Below, one piece after another: positions 19,053 to 28,455 of a DNA stretch of 48,574 bases. Every line of letters starts with the position of its first letter. The stretch's first letter is position 1. Made by a program: the position numbers and the translations under genes. The notes beneath the pieces were generated by a model, which was given only the letters and a program-made list of their open reading frames with translations, did no database searches and was not told the origin of the DNA. Origin of the DNA: Thermodesulfobacteriota bacterium (lineage in GTDB: Bacteria > Desulfobacterota > SM23-61); assembly GCA_035624375.1 (NCBI GenBank), contig DASPRR010000337.1, forward strand, positions 1-48,574, read 5' to 3'.

Positions 19053-20237
19053 TCACGCTCCGTAAGCCTGGCGTAATACCTGGACCGTGTGAAGGGTTTT
19101 CACTCCGGTGTGAAACCCGATCTGCAGCCGGCAGGCTTCGCAATCGGAGATGACAGTGCGGGCTTTCGATGAACGGATGGCCCGGAACAGGTCTTCCCCC
19201 ACCTCCCTGGCAATGGCATACTTTTCCTGTTTGTAGCCATAGCTTCCGGCCAATCCACAGCACCCTTCGGGAAGCTCAATTACCCTCAATCCTGGGATCA
19301 GGGAAAGAAGCTCCAGAGCCGGCAGCCCAATCTTCAAAGCCCTCAAGTGGCAGGGGACATGGTAGTAGAAAGTCTCCTGGGTCTCCTGAAACCGGGTGTC
19401 TAGTTTACCCTCTTCGTACAGCTGCAGAAGAAACTGGCATATTTCAAAGACATGATCCTTGAGCAGCGAAGCGCCGCGGAGGCTCAGGAGTGTTTCATAT
19501 TCTTCTTTAAGAGTCATTCCGCAGCTTGGGGAAGAGAAGACCACTTCGGTTCCCCCCTCGATCGTTTTTCGCAGGGATTCGACATTTCTTTCTCCCAGCC
19601 GAGAGGCGAGTTCGAAAAACCCATTACTGATAAGGGGAAGGCCACAGCATTCCTGCCGGGGGAGGTTAACCCGGAACCCGTTCTTTCCCAAAACCTCGAC
19701 CACGGCCAATCCAAGACCCGGATCGATATAATTGGTATAACAGCCGTGGAAGTAGGCTATGGGATCCCCCTTTTTCTGGGGATGGGATTGGAGTCTTTGG
19801 GCAAAGGTCCTGCGGCGATAGGCAGGCATGGGAGTGCCCCGGGCGATTCCCAGTCCCCGGTCGAGAAGCCACCGGAAAAATCCCCATCCGAACACCCAGT
19901 TAGAGATCGGGGTGGCCCAGCTTCCCAGTTTCTGCAGAAGGTAAGCGTGGCCGAGGAGCCAGTCCCTGAAAGGGGGCTTGCGGGTCTTTTTCCAGGCCAG
20001 GCTGGATTTAATGTGCAGGTCGGGAATGGGTACGTTCTGCGGGCAGACCCGCTCGCAGACCTTGCAGTAGTCGCAATACTCCAGCCACTCCAAGGGAATG
20101 GACTTCCTCTGAAGGCGGAAACGTTCCGCATCCGGTCCGGCCAGCTTGGGCCCGGGAAAAAGCCCCGTGGCCTTCAGCACTGGACAGTAGGCGTTACAGA
20201 TGGAACATTTGATACACTGATCGATATTGGGTTTCAT
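19053..20237 (-). CDS. glpC: Anaerobic glycerol-3-phosphate dehydrogenase subunit C (Fe-S, CCG domains)
   Basis: CIKCSICNAYCPV and CDYCKVCERVCPQ ferredoxin motifs plus two cysteine-rich CCG-type domains. Follows glpA and glpB. Confidence 0.88.
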   Translation of the reverse strand: MKPNIDQCIKCSICNAYCPVLKATGLFPGPKLAGPDAERFRLQRKSIPLEWLEYCDYCKVCERVCPQNVPIPDLHIKSSLAWKKTRKPPFRDWLLGHAYLLQKLGSWATPISNWVFGWGFFRWLLDRGLGIARGTPMPAYRRRTFAQRLQSHPQKKGDPIAYFHGCYTNYIDPGLGLAVVEVLGKNGFRVNLPRQECCGLPLISNGFFELASRLGERNVESLRKTIEGGTEVVFSSPSCGMTLKEEYETLLSLRGASLLKDHVFEICQFLLQLYEEGKLDTRFQETQETFYYHVPCHLRALKIGLPALELLSLIPGLRVIELPEGCCGLAGSYGYKQEKYAIAREVGEDLFRAIRSSKARTVISDCEACRLQIGFHTGVKTLHTVQVLRQAYGA

Positions 20238-20246
20238 ACTTATTTT

Positions 20247-20385
20247 CGCACAACAGAGACACAGAGAACACGGAGAAAGCTTTCCACAAAATTCACATCA
20301 CTAAAATGGATTCATGAGGATGGATTCAATTTCTATGCCTTTTGAATCCCTTTTACCTTTATGCCCTCTGTGTCTCTGTGGCGAA
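20247..20385. repeat. Structured intercistronic element between glpB and glpC
   Basis: 14-bp perfect inverted repeat ACAGAGACACAGAG (20253-20266) / CTCTGTGTCTCTGT (20366-20379). It encloses tandem ATGGATTCA x2 (20306-20314, 20320-20328) and a hairpin GGATTCAA-12 nt-TTGAATCC (20322-20349). Confidence 0.8.
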
Positions 20386-21669
20386 TCCTTTTCTTGCGCA
20401 GGCTGCGGCGAATTGACCAGCCACATAACCCGTAGCGATGGCCACGCCGCCTCCGGATTTCTCGGCCATGGAATCGCCATGGGCCAGGATCCCTCCGGCA
20501 GCATAGAGGTTTTGATAAATCACCCGGCCTTCTGAGTCGGCCGGCTGGAGATTCTCATTCACTTCTACCCCGAAAGAATTGAAGGGCTGGCCGATGGAGG
20601 TCAGGAGTTGGGCGCTGAACCATTCCTTCCGATTCTGCGGGTATTGGACCGGAAGGTCGAAGAGAGTCTCGAAAATCCTGTTCCGTTGCGCATCGAGCCC
20701 CCCGCCCACAAATTTACCGGTGGCCAGGACATAGGCGGATGCCCGGTAGACCGGGCTTTTCCTTGCCTCTCCGAGAGCGATGCCCTGAATCTCCCCTTTC
20801 TCCAAGATGGGCTTCAATGCCGAAAGACCGATGATGACGCGCACCCCTTTTTCCTGGAGGTGCGCCCTCATCAAGTTATAAAGGCGGAGACCCGGGATGG
20901 AAGGAGGGGGCAGGGAAACTTCAAAGATATCGGTTCCAAGTCTTTTTTGGAGGTCGCCCCAGGCCGACTGGGAGGAGAAATACCCAAGGACCGCAGGCAA
21001 CCCGAGTTTCTCCCCGCTTTTCAACAGTGGTTGGACCTCCCGTGCGACTCGTTCCCTGAATTCTTCCCCATCGAAAGCTCTGGCCAGGTTCAAACTGTTC
21101 AGCGCCTTTCCCTCCAATTTCACTCGGGTCAGGGTTTCAGCCCGAAAAGAAGGGGCGATTTTGCCCCGGGCCCGCCAGAGATTCAGGTTTTCAGACGCCA
21201 GGCAGGCGGAAAAATCCTTGAGCCCTTCGAATCCCAGAAGAAGGACCCTTCCTGGTAAGGATAGAACCCCGTTCTTCATGGTTTCCGGAACTAGGCAGGT
21301 GGGATGATAAGTTCCCAGAGCAGTAGGGATCAACACGCTGGCATTGAACTCCCCCGCGTAAGGGAGGCCGTTCGAAAGGGTCAAGTTCTGGAATCGAGCG
21401 AGCGCTGAGAGAATGCTTTCATTCCCCAGCCTTGAGTAAGGGTGCGCGGGGTTCGCCCTTCTAAGTTCACCCAAGTTTTCGAGGGGAGAGGAGGCTGGAG
21501 CGGCGGAGGATTCAGGAAAATATCCCAGCCCGTCGATGCAACCGCTCGTCAAAGGAAGCGAGCCCATGCCCTTGGCCAAGATCAAAACCCGGGAGCCCTT
21601 CTCCTGGGCCGCTTCAGCGGCCATGAGTCCGGCCAGCCCCGCTCCAATGACGATAACATCATAGAACAT
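20359..21669 (-). CDS. glpB: Anaerobic glycerol-3-phosphate dehydrogenase subunit B
   Basis: MFYDVIVIGAGLAGLMAA FAD motif, size and position match GlpB. The last 7 codons (ATETQRA) are encoded by one arm of the inverted repeat. Confidence 0.85.
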   Translation of the reverse strand: MFYDVIVIGAGLAGLMAAEAAQEKGSRVLILAKGMGSLPLTSGCIDGLGYFPESSAAPASSPLENLGELRRANPAHPYSRLGNESILSALARFQNLTLSNGLPYAGEFNASVLIPTALGTYHPTCLVPETMKNGVLSLPGRVLLLGFEGLKDFSACLASENLNLWRARGKIAPSFRAETLTRVKLEGKALNSLNLARAFDGEEFRERVAREVQPLLKSGEKLGLPAVLGYFSSQSAWGDLQKRLGTDIFEVSLPPPSIPGLRLYNLMRAHLQEKGVRVIIGLSALKPILEKGEIQGIALGEARKSPVYRASAYVLATGKFVGGGLDAQRNRIFETLFDLPVQYPQNRKEWFSAQLLTSIGQPFNSFGVEVNENLQPADSEGRVIYQNLYAAGGILAHGDSMAEKSGGGVAIATGYVAGQFAAACARKGFATETQRA

Positions 21670-21754
21670 AAAGGGTCCTGGGTTTCAGGAGGTCAAGGAT
21701 TCGATGGCAAGGGCAAGAAAAAAGCTTTTCGCTTGGTCCCTTGAATCCTCTTTC

Positions 21755-23290
21755 TTATAAGTGGTCTAAATTGAACAGCTCCGAGTACAGAGCCTGGATC
21801 AACTGTTCTTCCTTGAGCTGGGGGCCCCATAGGATCGGACGGGTTCCTTTCCAGCGCTCTTCGAGGAATTTTTTGAGAACGTCAAGAGATGTGCCCTGGG
21901 TTATTTTCCCGGTTTCCGCCAAGAGCGCGGTCAGCCGTGGAGAGCAGAATCCTCCCTGGCAGGGGCCCATCCCGGCCCGGGTTCGCTCCTGCACTTCTTT
22001 CAAAGTTGGGAATGGGAGTTTCTTAATTTCTTCCAGGATCTCTCCGCGGGTGACCAATTCGCACTCGCAGAGGATTTCCGAAGAAGACCCGGAGCCGGAA
22101 ATCCGGCTCAGTCTGGATCCCAGATCATGAAAAGAGTATTCTCTGGGAAAGGGGAGAGGTTTTTCCGCTGTGACGCAGGGCGCGTTCTTTCCCATCTCCT
22201 TGCATATGGCATCTACGGTTCGCTCGGCCATCAGACGATAGGTAGTAAGCTTGCCCCCCACAATGGAGAAGAGCCCTTTTACCCCGACCGCGTTCCCATG
22301 GTTGAGTAGGAGAAAATCTCGGCTGATGGTTCTTGTATCCCCTTCGGCTTCCCGGGCTCCGATGAGCGGTCTTACCCCGGCGTAGGCTCGGATGGCCCGA
22401 GTGACGCCGGCGACAGGGATTACCATTTCCCCCTCGGAGAGAAGAAGGTCTACTTCCTCCTCGCTTGCTGACGGGTCCTCAATCTCCACCGTCGCCAGGG
22501 AGGTCGTTCCGAGAATCAGCGCCGGCCCGTGGGGAACAAAGATATCTCCATTCGAGGGGGGTCGGCAGCGGTTGATCACAGTGTTGACCAGACGCTGGTT
22601 AAGGACAATGAGGGTTCCCTTGGAAAAGACGACCTCCAGACGGGCCCCGGCCATGCGGGCAATTTTTCCGGCCCATACCCCGGCGGCATTCACGATAAAA
22701 CGGCAGCCGATCTGAAATTTCTCTCCCGTCCGGCTGTCTTCGGCTGTCAATCCTCGGACGGCGCCTTTTTCGGTTTGAATAGCCACAACTTCCCGATAAG
22801 GAAAGGCCTTCGCCCCGAGTTGTAAGGATTCTTCAACATTGGCGCGAATCAGCCTGAAGGGATCGATGGCCCCGTCCGGAACCCGGATGGCCCTAACAAT
22901 GCGGGGGGAAAGAGCGGGTTCTTTCTGCAGAGCATCTGCCGCGGGCAATTCTTCCGCGGGGATTCCGATTTCTTCGCAGGCCTTGAGGAATCGGTCCGGA
23001 TAATCCGGCGGGTCATGGGGTGTGGAAAGGAAAAAACCCCCTGTGTCCTCGACACAGGGGGTGGCGATCTTTTTGAGAATATAATTTTCGCGGATACATT
23101 CCCGACCGGATTCAGGGTCTTTGACCGCGTACCGGCCACCACTGTGTAGGAGGCCGTGATTTCGGCCCGAGGTTCCGCTGGTGAATTCTTTTTTCTCCAG
23201 GAGAATCGTATCGATGCCCCGCAGGGCAAGGTCGCGAAAAACACCTGCCCCCGTGGCTCCCCCGCCAATGACGACCACTTCAGTTTTCAT
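21755..23290 (-). CDS. glpA: Anaerobic glycerol-3-phosphate dehydrogenase subunit A
   Basis: VVVIGGGATGAGVFRDLALRG...GTSGRNHGLLHSGGRY, plus a C-terminal BFD-like Cys cluster (CECE...CQGGFC). Confidence 0.9.
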   Translation of the reverse strand: MKTEVVVIGGGATGAGVFRDLALRGIDTILLEKKEFTSGTSGRNHGLLHSGGRYAVKDPESGRECIRENYILKKIATPCVEDTGGFFLSTPHDPPDYPDRFLKACEEIGIPAEELPAADALQKEPALSPRIVRAIRVPDGAIDPFRLIRANVEESLQLGAKAFPYREVVAIQTEKGAVRGLTAEDSRTGEKFQIGCRFIVNAAGVWAGKIARMAGARLEVVFSKGTLIVLNQRLVNTVINRCRPPSNGDIFVPHGPALILGTTSLATVEIEDPSASEEEVDLLLSEGEMVIPVAGVTRAIRAYAGVRPLIGAREAEGDTRTISRDFLLLNHGNAVGVKGLFSIVGGKLTTYRLMAERTVDAICKEMGKNAPCVTAEKPLPFPREYSFHDLGSRLSRISGSGSSSEILCECELVTRGEILEEIKKLPFPTLKEVQERTRAGMGPCQGGFCSPRLTALLAETGKITQGTSLDVLKKFLEERWKGTRPILWGPQLKEEQLIQALYSELFNLDHL

Positions 23291-23298
23291 AAGAAGAA

Positions 23299-23374
23299 CA
23301 GCCTTCAGCCATCAGCTATTCGCGATCTGCTAAGACCAAGGCAAGATTTATTCGGCTGAAAGCTGACGGCTGAC
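23299..23374. repeat. Inverted repeat built from the heptamer NTCAGCY x3 and its complement x3
   Basis: CAGCCTTCAGCCATCAGCT (23299-23317) versus GGCTGAAAGCTGACGGCTGAC (23354-23374): 15/19 complementary. It lies between the HAD stop and the glpA start. Confidence 0.75.
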
Positions 23375-23377
23375 AGC

Positions 23378-24157
23378 TTATTTCAATATTTCCGCTACGC
23401 TCTCCCAGACATAATCCGGTTGAATATCGGATTTCTTCAGGCTACCCCGAGCGGTCACGCCGGTAAGAACCAGAGCGGCGGCCATACCTGCCTTTTTTCC
23501 CATCGCCATGTCGGTTTCCAGACGATCGCCCACGAGGATGCAATCCTGAGGACGAAGGCCCATGTAATCCATGGTTACCCGGATCATGACGTCCGAGGGT
23601 TTTCCCACGATCGTCTCGACCTTCTTTCCCGTAGTTCCCTCCACGGCCCCGATCATAGCCGCGCAGTCCGGAATTTCACCGCCTTCCACAGGGCAGGTCC
23701 GATCCGGATTGGTGGCCACGAAACGGGCCCCTTTTTTAATGGCCTGGAGAGCAATATTGAGCTTGCGATAATCGAAGGTTCGATCGAAGGAAGCGATCAC
23801 ATATTGAATTTCTCCCGCCTTTTCGCTAACCCGGAAGCCGGCTCGAACCATTTCTTCAATGAGCGGGGTCTCGCCAATCACGTAAATAGTCGCTCCCGGC
23901 GCTTCCCTGGAAAGCCAGAGGGCCATGACCAAAGAGGAGTTTATGACTTCCTCGGGTCGAGTAGGAATTCCCAGACGGGTCAACTTGTCCGCATATTCTC
24001 CCCGAGTCTGGAGGGGCTTGTTGGAAAGGTAAACGATCTTCTTGGAAAGGGACTTTAATCTCTTGATCGTTTCCCTGGCCCCAGGGATCAGCTTTTCCCC
24101 CAAGTAGATCGTTCCATCCAGATCAAAGAGGTAACCCAAAAAATGCAGGGCATCCAT
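23378..24157 (-). CDS. HAD-IIA family phosphatase (NagD-like)
   Basis: LFDLDGTIYLG (DxDG motif I), SNK, and GDRLETDMAMG (motif IV). Start is ATG 24157 or 24184. Confidence 0.85.
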   Translation of the reverse strand: MDALHFLGYLFDLDGTIYLGEKLIPGARETIKRLKSLSKKIVYLSNKPLQTRGEYADKLTRLGIPTRPEEVINSSLVMALWLSREAPGATIYVIGETPLIEEMVRAGFRVSEKAGEIQYVIASFDRTFDYRKLNIALQAIKKGARFVATNPDRTCPVEGGEIPDCAAMIGAVEGTTGKKVETIVGKPSDVMIRVTMDYMGLRPQDCILVGDRLETDMAMGKKAGMAAALVLTGVTARGSLKKSDIQPDYVWESVAEILK

Positions 24158-24286
24158 GAAGACTCTGTTTCTCCATAATTTCACCGACCTATATTTAAAT
24201 TTATTTGCCAGGATGAGGTCTTGTCAATGATAAAATACCGCGGGATCATTAGAAAAATCTGAATCCACTGGCCCGGTGCATTTCTA

Positions 24287-24315
24287 TTGACAATCCCTTT
24301 ACCCTAAGCTATTTT
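24287..24315 (+). promoter_or_regulatory. Promoter candidate TTGACA-17 nt-TATTTT
   Basis: Read directly, 70 nt upstream of the binding-protein start at 24386. Confidence 0.35.
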
Positions 24316-24385
24316 TACAGCGATTGGAGGTTCCCGGTAGTTTGCCGGAATCAATTATTTCACCTCTTCAAGGAGGACAAGGAAA

Positions 24386-25513
24386 ATGAAGCGAAAATTG
24401 ATATTAGGAATCTTTTTGTCTGTCTTTTTGCTCCTGCCTTTTTCATTTGCACAGGCCCAGTCGATTGAAAATGAACTCTACCTGATCACCCCGGTTTCCA
24501 AAGATGTCCATGATCCTGCCCTCAATGCCTTTGCCGCCTATGCCAAGAAAAAATGGAACATGGATGTGAAGACCAGCGCTATTCCCAAGGGGACTCCGGT
24601 GGCCTACGGACAGATCCTGGAATGGAAGGGCAAACCCCAGGCAGATATTTTCTGGGGAGGCGAAGGGACTCTCTTCGATGCCCTGGCCGTGGAGGGGCTT
24701 CTGGAGCCGGTAAAGATTCCCAAGCAGATGTGGGATGAGATTCCCGCCACCATCGGAAAGCCTGTGGGGTTGCCCCTGAAAGACCCGAAGAGGTTCTGGG
24801 TGGGAACCACCCTGGAGCCTTACGGTCTGATCTACCAGCCCAAATTGTTGAACCGGATGGGGGTGGAAATCAAAGACTGGGATGACCTCCTGAATCCCAA
24901 ACTCAAAGGGCAGATCGCCCAGTGTACTCCCGATCGGTCGAGCTCCAGCCACGCCAGCTATGAAGTGATGCTTCAAACCTACGGCTGGGAGAAGGGCTGG
25001 GAGTGGTTGAAAAAACTGGCTTCCAACACCGGCATATTTACCGCTCGGTCCCGCGACGTTCCCAATGTTGTGGCCAAGGGGGAATTTGCTGTCGGGTACG
25101 CGGTTCCCAGCTACATGGCTTTTGCCGAGGTCTTGGCCGGGTATGACGTCATGTATGTGTACCCCAAAAATGCCTATGTGACTCCCGAACCCATGGCGGT
25201 TCTCAAGGGGGCGCCCCATCCCAAAGCGGCCCATGCTTTCATCGAATTCTTGCTTACCGAAGAGGGGCAAAAACTCTTCGCCGAACTCGGCCTCTATCCC
25301 ATCACTCCGAAGTTCAAAGTCCAGGGACCGCCGGGCTCCAAACAGGAAATGACCGTGAAATTCACCGGTGGGATGAGGTCTTTCTTCGACATTCCGGTGG
25401 GGAACGTGTATGACGAAAAGATTGCCGGCCCCAAGAAAAGAATCGAAGAGGTGAACTCCTACTTCCGCAAGGAGATTGCGGAGAAGCACAAAGACATTGT
25501 AAGAAGCAAATGA
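24386..25513 (+). CDS. ABC transporter substrate-binding protein (family 1; iron(III)/polyamine-like)
   Basis: 375 aa with signal peptide MKRKLILGIFLSVFLLLPFSFAQA. Operon with a PotA/FbpC-like ATPase and a two-domain permease. Confidence 0.75.
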   Translation: MKRKLILGIFLSVFLLLPFSFAQAQSIENELYLITPVSKDVHDPALNAFAAYAKKKWNMDVKTSAIPKGTPVAYGQILEWKGKPQADIFWGGEGTLFDALAVEGLLEPVKIPKQMWDEIPATIGKPVGLPLKDPKRFWVGTTLEPYGLIYQPKLLNRMGVEIKDWDDLLNPKLKGQIAQCTPDRSSSSHASYEVMLQTYGWEKGWEWLKKLASNTGIFTARSRDVPNVVAKGEFAVGYAVPSYMAFAEVLAGYDVMYVYPKNAYVTPEPMAVLKGAPHPKAAHAFIEFLLTEEGQKLFAELGLYPITPKFKVQGPPGSKQEMTVKFTGGMRSFFDIPVGNVYDEKIAGPKKRIEEVNSYFRKEIAEKHKDIVRSK

Positions 25514-25612
25514 ACTTCGGACTCAGCCCTTTCTTGGTCCCGGAAAAACTCCTCGGGGGATGACCTTGAGGAGTTTTTCCGTTGGTTCAGGGACGAACCG
25601 ATTGGTTGTTCT

Positions 25613-26692
25613 ATGAATATTCTGCTCAAAGACCTAGTAAAAAGGTTTGGAAACCTGGAGGCGGTGAGCCATATTTCTCTGGAGATTCAGGATGGAGAAC
25701 TCTTCACCCTCCTGGGACCCTCCGGATGCGGGAAGACCACCCTTCTGCGGCTGATTGGAGGATTTCACAGACCGGATGGGGGAGAGATTTATTTCGGAGA
25801 CAGACCTGTGGCCCCTATTCCCCCTTACGAGCGGAATATCGGCATGGTCTTCCAAAACTATGCTCTCTGGCCGCACATGACCATCTTTGACAATGTCGCC
25901 TACGGCCTCAAACTGAGGAAGTTTTCCAGGGAGGAAATCTCTTCAAAAGTCTCCCGCGCTCTCCAGCTGGTAAACCTGTCCGGACTGGAAAAACGTTACC
26001 CCGGGCAGCTTTCCGGAGGACAACAGCAGCGCGTTGCCTTGGCCAGAGCCCTGGTTCTAAACCCGGACGTTCTCCTCCTGGATGAACCCCTGAGCAACCT
26101 GGACGCCAAGATCCGCATCCAGGTGCGGGCCGAGATTCGCAAACTGCAGAAGGAATTGGGGATCACCACGATCTATGTCACCCACGACCAGGAAGAAGCG
26201 CTGACCCTGTCGGACCGGATCGCAGTGATTGATCGTGGAAAAATGCAGCAGCTGGGCTCACCCCGCGCGCTTTACGCCAAGCCGGAAAACCCCTTCGTGG
26301 CCGATTTTATCGGGATCAATAACTTGATACCGGGGGAGGTTCGGGAGGTCCTGGATGGGGAGAAGATGAAGGTTCAAACCGAGGTGGGGTTGATCTTCTG
26401 CACCATCGAGCGTCCTTTTAAACCGGGGGACCGTTGCATGGTAACCATCCGGCCGGAGACGGCTTCCATCATCCAGGAGGAAGTTCGGGAAAAAGATACG
26501 AATGTTTTGCCAGGCACGGTGAATTTTGCCTCCTACATAGGGAATACGATCCGCTATGACCTGGAAATGCAGAACGGCAAAATCTTCAAGGTGGATATTC
26601 AGAATCCCTGGTATCACCAGATTTTGGCCCAGGGGGAAAAAGTATATATTTCCATTCCCCAGCAGATCACTCTGGGAATTCCCATTTCCTGA
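25613..26692 (+). CDS. ABC transporter ATP-binding protein (PotA/FbpC-like, with C-terminal TOBE-like domain)
   Basis: GPSGCGKTT, LSGGQQQRVALARAL, LLLDEP. Confidence 0.9.
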   Translation: MNILLKDLVKRFGNLEAVSHISLEIQDGELFTLLGPSGCGKTTLLRLIGGFHRPDGGEIYFGDRPVAPIPPYERNIGMVFQNYALWPHMTIFDNVAYGLKLRKFSREEISSKVSRALQLVNLSGLEKRYPGQLSGGQQQRVALARALVLNPDVLLLDEPLSNLDAKIRIQVRAEIRKLQKELGITTIYVTHDQEEALTLSDRIAVIDRGKMQQLGSPRALYAKPENPFVADFIGINNLIPGEVREVLDGEKMKVQTEVGLIFCTIERPFKPGDRCMVTIRPETASIIQEEVREKDTNVLPGTVNFASYIGNTIRYDLEMQNGKIFKVDIQNPWYHQILAQGEKVYISIPQQITLGIPIS

Positions 26693-26707
26693 AGAGAGAG
26701 TTTTTCC

Positions 26708-28426
26708 TTGAGTCCCCAAACCGAAACATCGATCGCGATCCCTCAAGCCCGGCCCTTCGCCGAGATGAAACTCGGGGGTCTGCTCGGGTATTTGGCCATC
26801 TGGGCCTTTTTCGGCGTTTTTCTCATCTATCCCCTGATTCGGTTGTTCTATGACGCCTTCACCACCACGGAAGGCGTCCTTACCTTGAATAATTTCTTCG
26901 ATTTTTTTACCGACTCCTATTATCTCAAATCGCTAGTCAACTCTCTTTGGCTCGGGGGAGCCACGGTCGTAACCACCTCGATCTTGGGTATTACCATCGC
27001 CTATCTCCTTCTCCGGTACGAATTCCCGGGCCGCAGGCTTTTCTCCTATCTCACCATCATTCCCATGATCATGCCCCCAATGGTGGGGGTGATGGGGTTT
27101 GTCTTCATCATGGGACGGGCCGGGACCCTGAACATAATCCTCATGGATTATCTCGGGTTCGAGAAGCCCATTAATTTCATGTACGGCGTCCATGGGGTCC
27201 TCCTGGTGGAAACTCTTCACCTCTTTCCACTCATGACGCTCTCCATCGTCGATGCCCTGGGGAAGATCGACCTCTCTCTGGACGAGGCGGCGGAGAGTGT
27301 GGGCTCCAGGGGGCTGCGGAAATTCTGGGACATCACCTTTCCTTTGACGACCCCAGGATATGTGTCCGGCGCCCTTCTGGTCTTCATCTGGACCTTTGCC
27401 GACTTCGCCACTCCCCTGGTCGTGGGAGTGGATGACCTCCTCGCTTCCCAGGCCTACCTGAATATAGTCCAGTTTGTGGACCGGCGGCTTTTCAAGATGG
27501 GGATCGTGATCTCGGCCATCATGGTCCTTCTGGCGATTCTCTTCCTCATCATCGCCAAGAAATACGTGGCCATCAAAGACTACAGCTCCCTCTCCTACTC
27601 CAAGGTCGAAAGGAGAAAAATTTCAGCGTGGGGAAAGGTCCTGGTCATCGTCTTTCTAGTAGCGGTGCTGGTCTTTTCCTTCATTCCCTACCTGGGGATC
27701 GCTCTGGATTCCTTTGGCAAAGGATGGGCCCTGACCCCGATCCCGGTGAAGTACACCCTCCAGTACTTCGAGCGAGTGGCGATCGAAACCCCCAAGTTCA
27801 TTGTCAATAGCCTGCTTTTTTCCGGCATCTCCGTATTGATTTGCATCATCGTGGGAGTCCCCGTGGCCTGGGTGATGGCCCGGACCAAGCTTCCCGGAAA
27901 GGATATGCTGGACTCCCTTACCACCTTGATCCTGGCGTTACCCGGCACGGGCATCGGGATCGCCTACATGCGGGCTTTCCGCGATGCCCTGCCTTTCATG
28001 GACACCGCCCTGATCGGAATGTGGGTCGTGATCCCCATCGTCCTGGGAGTGCGGCGTCTTCCCTACACGGTGCGGGGAACCTTTGCTTCCCTCCTCCTGG
28101 TCCATAAATCCATCGAGGAAGCCGCCGAGTCCGTGGGGGCGACAAAATCCAAAACCTTCAGGGATGTGGTAGCTCCGCTGATCTGGAAAGGAATCATGGT
28201 GGGGGCCCTCTACTCCTTTATCCTTGCCCTGCAGGAAGCGTCGGCCACTCTCCTCCTGGTGATTCCCGGCAGGGAGATGATGACCGTGGGGATCTTCAAC
28301 TTCTACATCGGCGGGTCGGTGAATGAGGCGGCAGCCCTAGGATTTATCCTGATCCTTCTGGGAGCGTTCTGTCTTTGGCTGATCAATCGACTCGCCGGCT
28401 CGCGCATGGGCGGAGTATTTGGGTAA
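26708..28426 (+). CDS. ABC transporter permease, fused two-domain (FbpB-like)
   Basis: 572 aa, polytopic, with two permease repeats. The start is uncertain: TTG 26708 or ATG 26765. Confidence 0.85.
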   Translation: MSPQTETSIAIPQARPFAEMKLGGLLGYLAIWAFFGVFLIYPLIRLFYDAFTTTEGVLTLNNFFDFFTDSYYLKSLVNSLWLGGATVVTTSILGITIAYLLLRYEFPGRRLFSYLTIIPMIMPPMVGVMGFVFIMGRAGTLNIILMDYLGFEKPINFMYGVHGVLLVETLHLFPLMTLSIVDALGKIDLSLDEAAESVGSRGLRKFWDITFPLTTPGYVSGALLVFIWTFADFATPLVVGVDDLLASQAYLNIVQFVDRRLFKMGIVISAIMVLLAILFLIIAKKYVAIKDYSSLSYSKVERRKISAWGKVLVIVFLVAVLVFSFIPYLGIALDSFGKGWALTPIPVKYTLQYFERVAIETPKFIVNSLLFSGISVLICIIVGVPVAWVMARTKLPGKDMLDSLTTLILALPGTGIGIAYMRAFRDALPFMDTALIGMWVVIPIVLGVRRLPYTVRGTFASLLLVHKSIEEAAESVGATKSKTFRDVVAPLIWKGIMVGALYSFILALQEASATLLLVIPGREMMTVGIFNFYIGGSVNEAAALGFILILLGAFCLWLINRLAGSRMGGVFG

Positions 28427-28455
28427 AGTGGAAATCGGATTGCGGAATCAGTATT

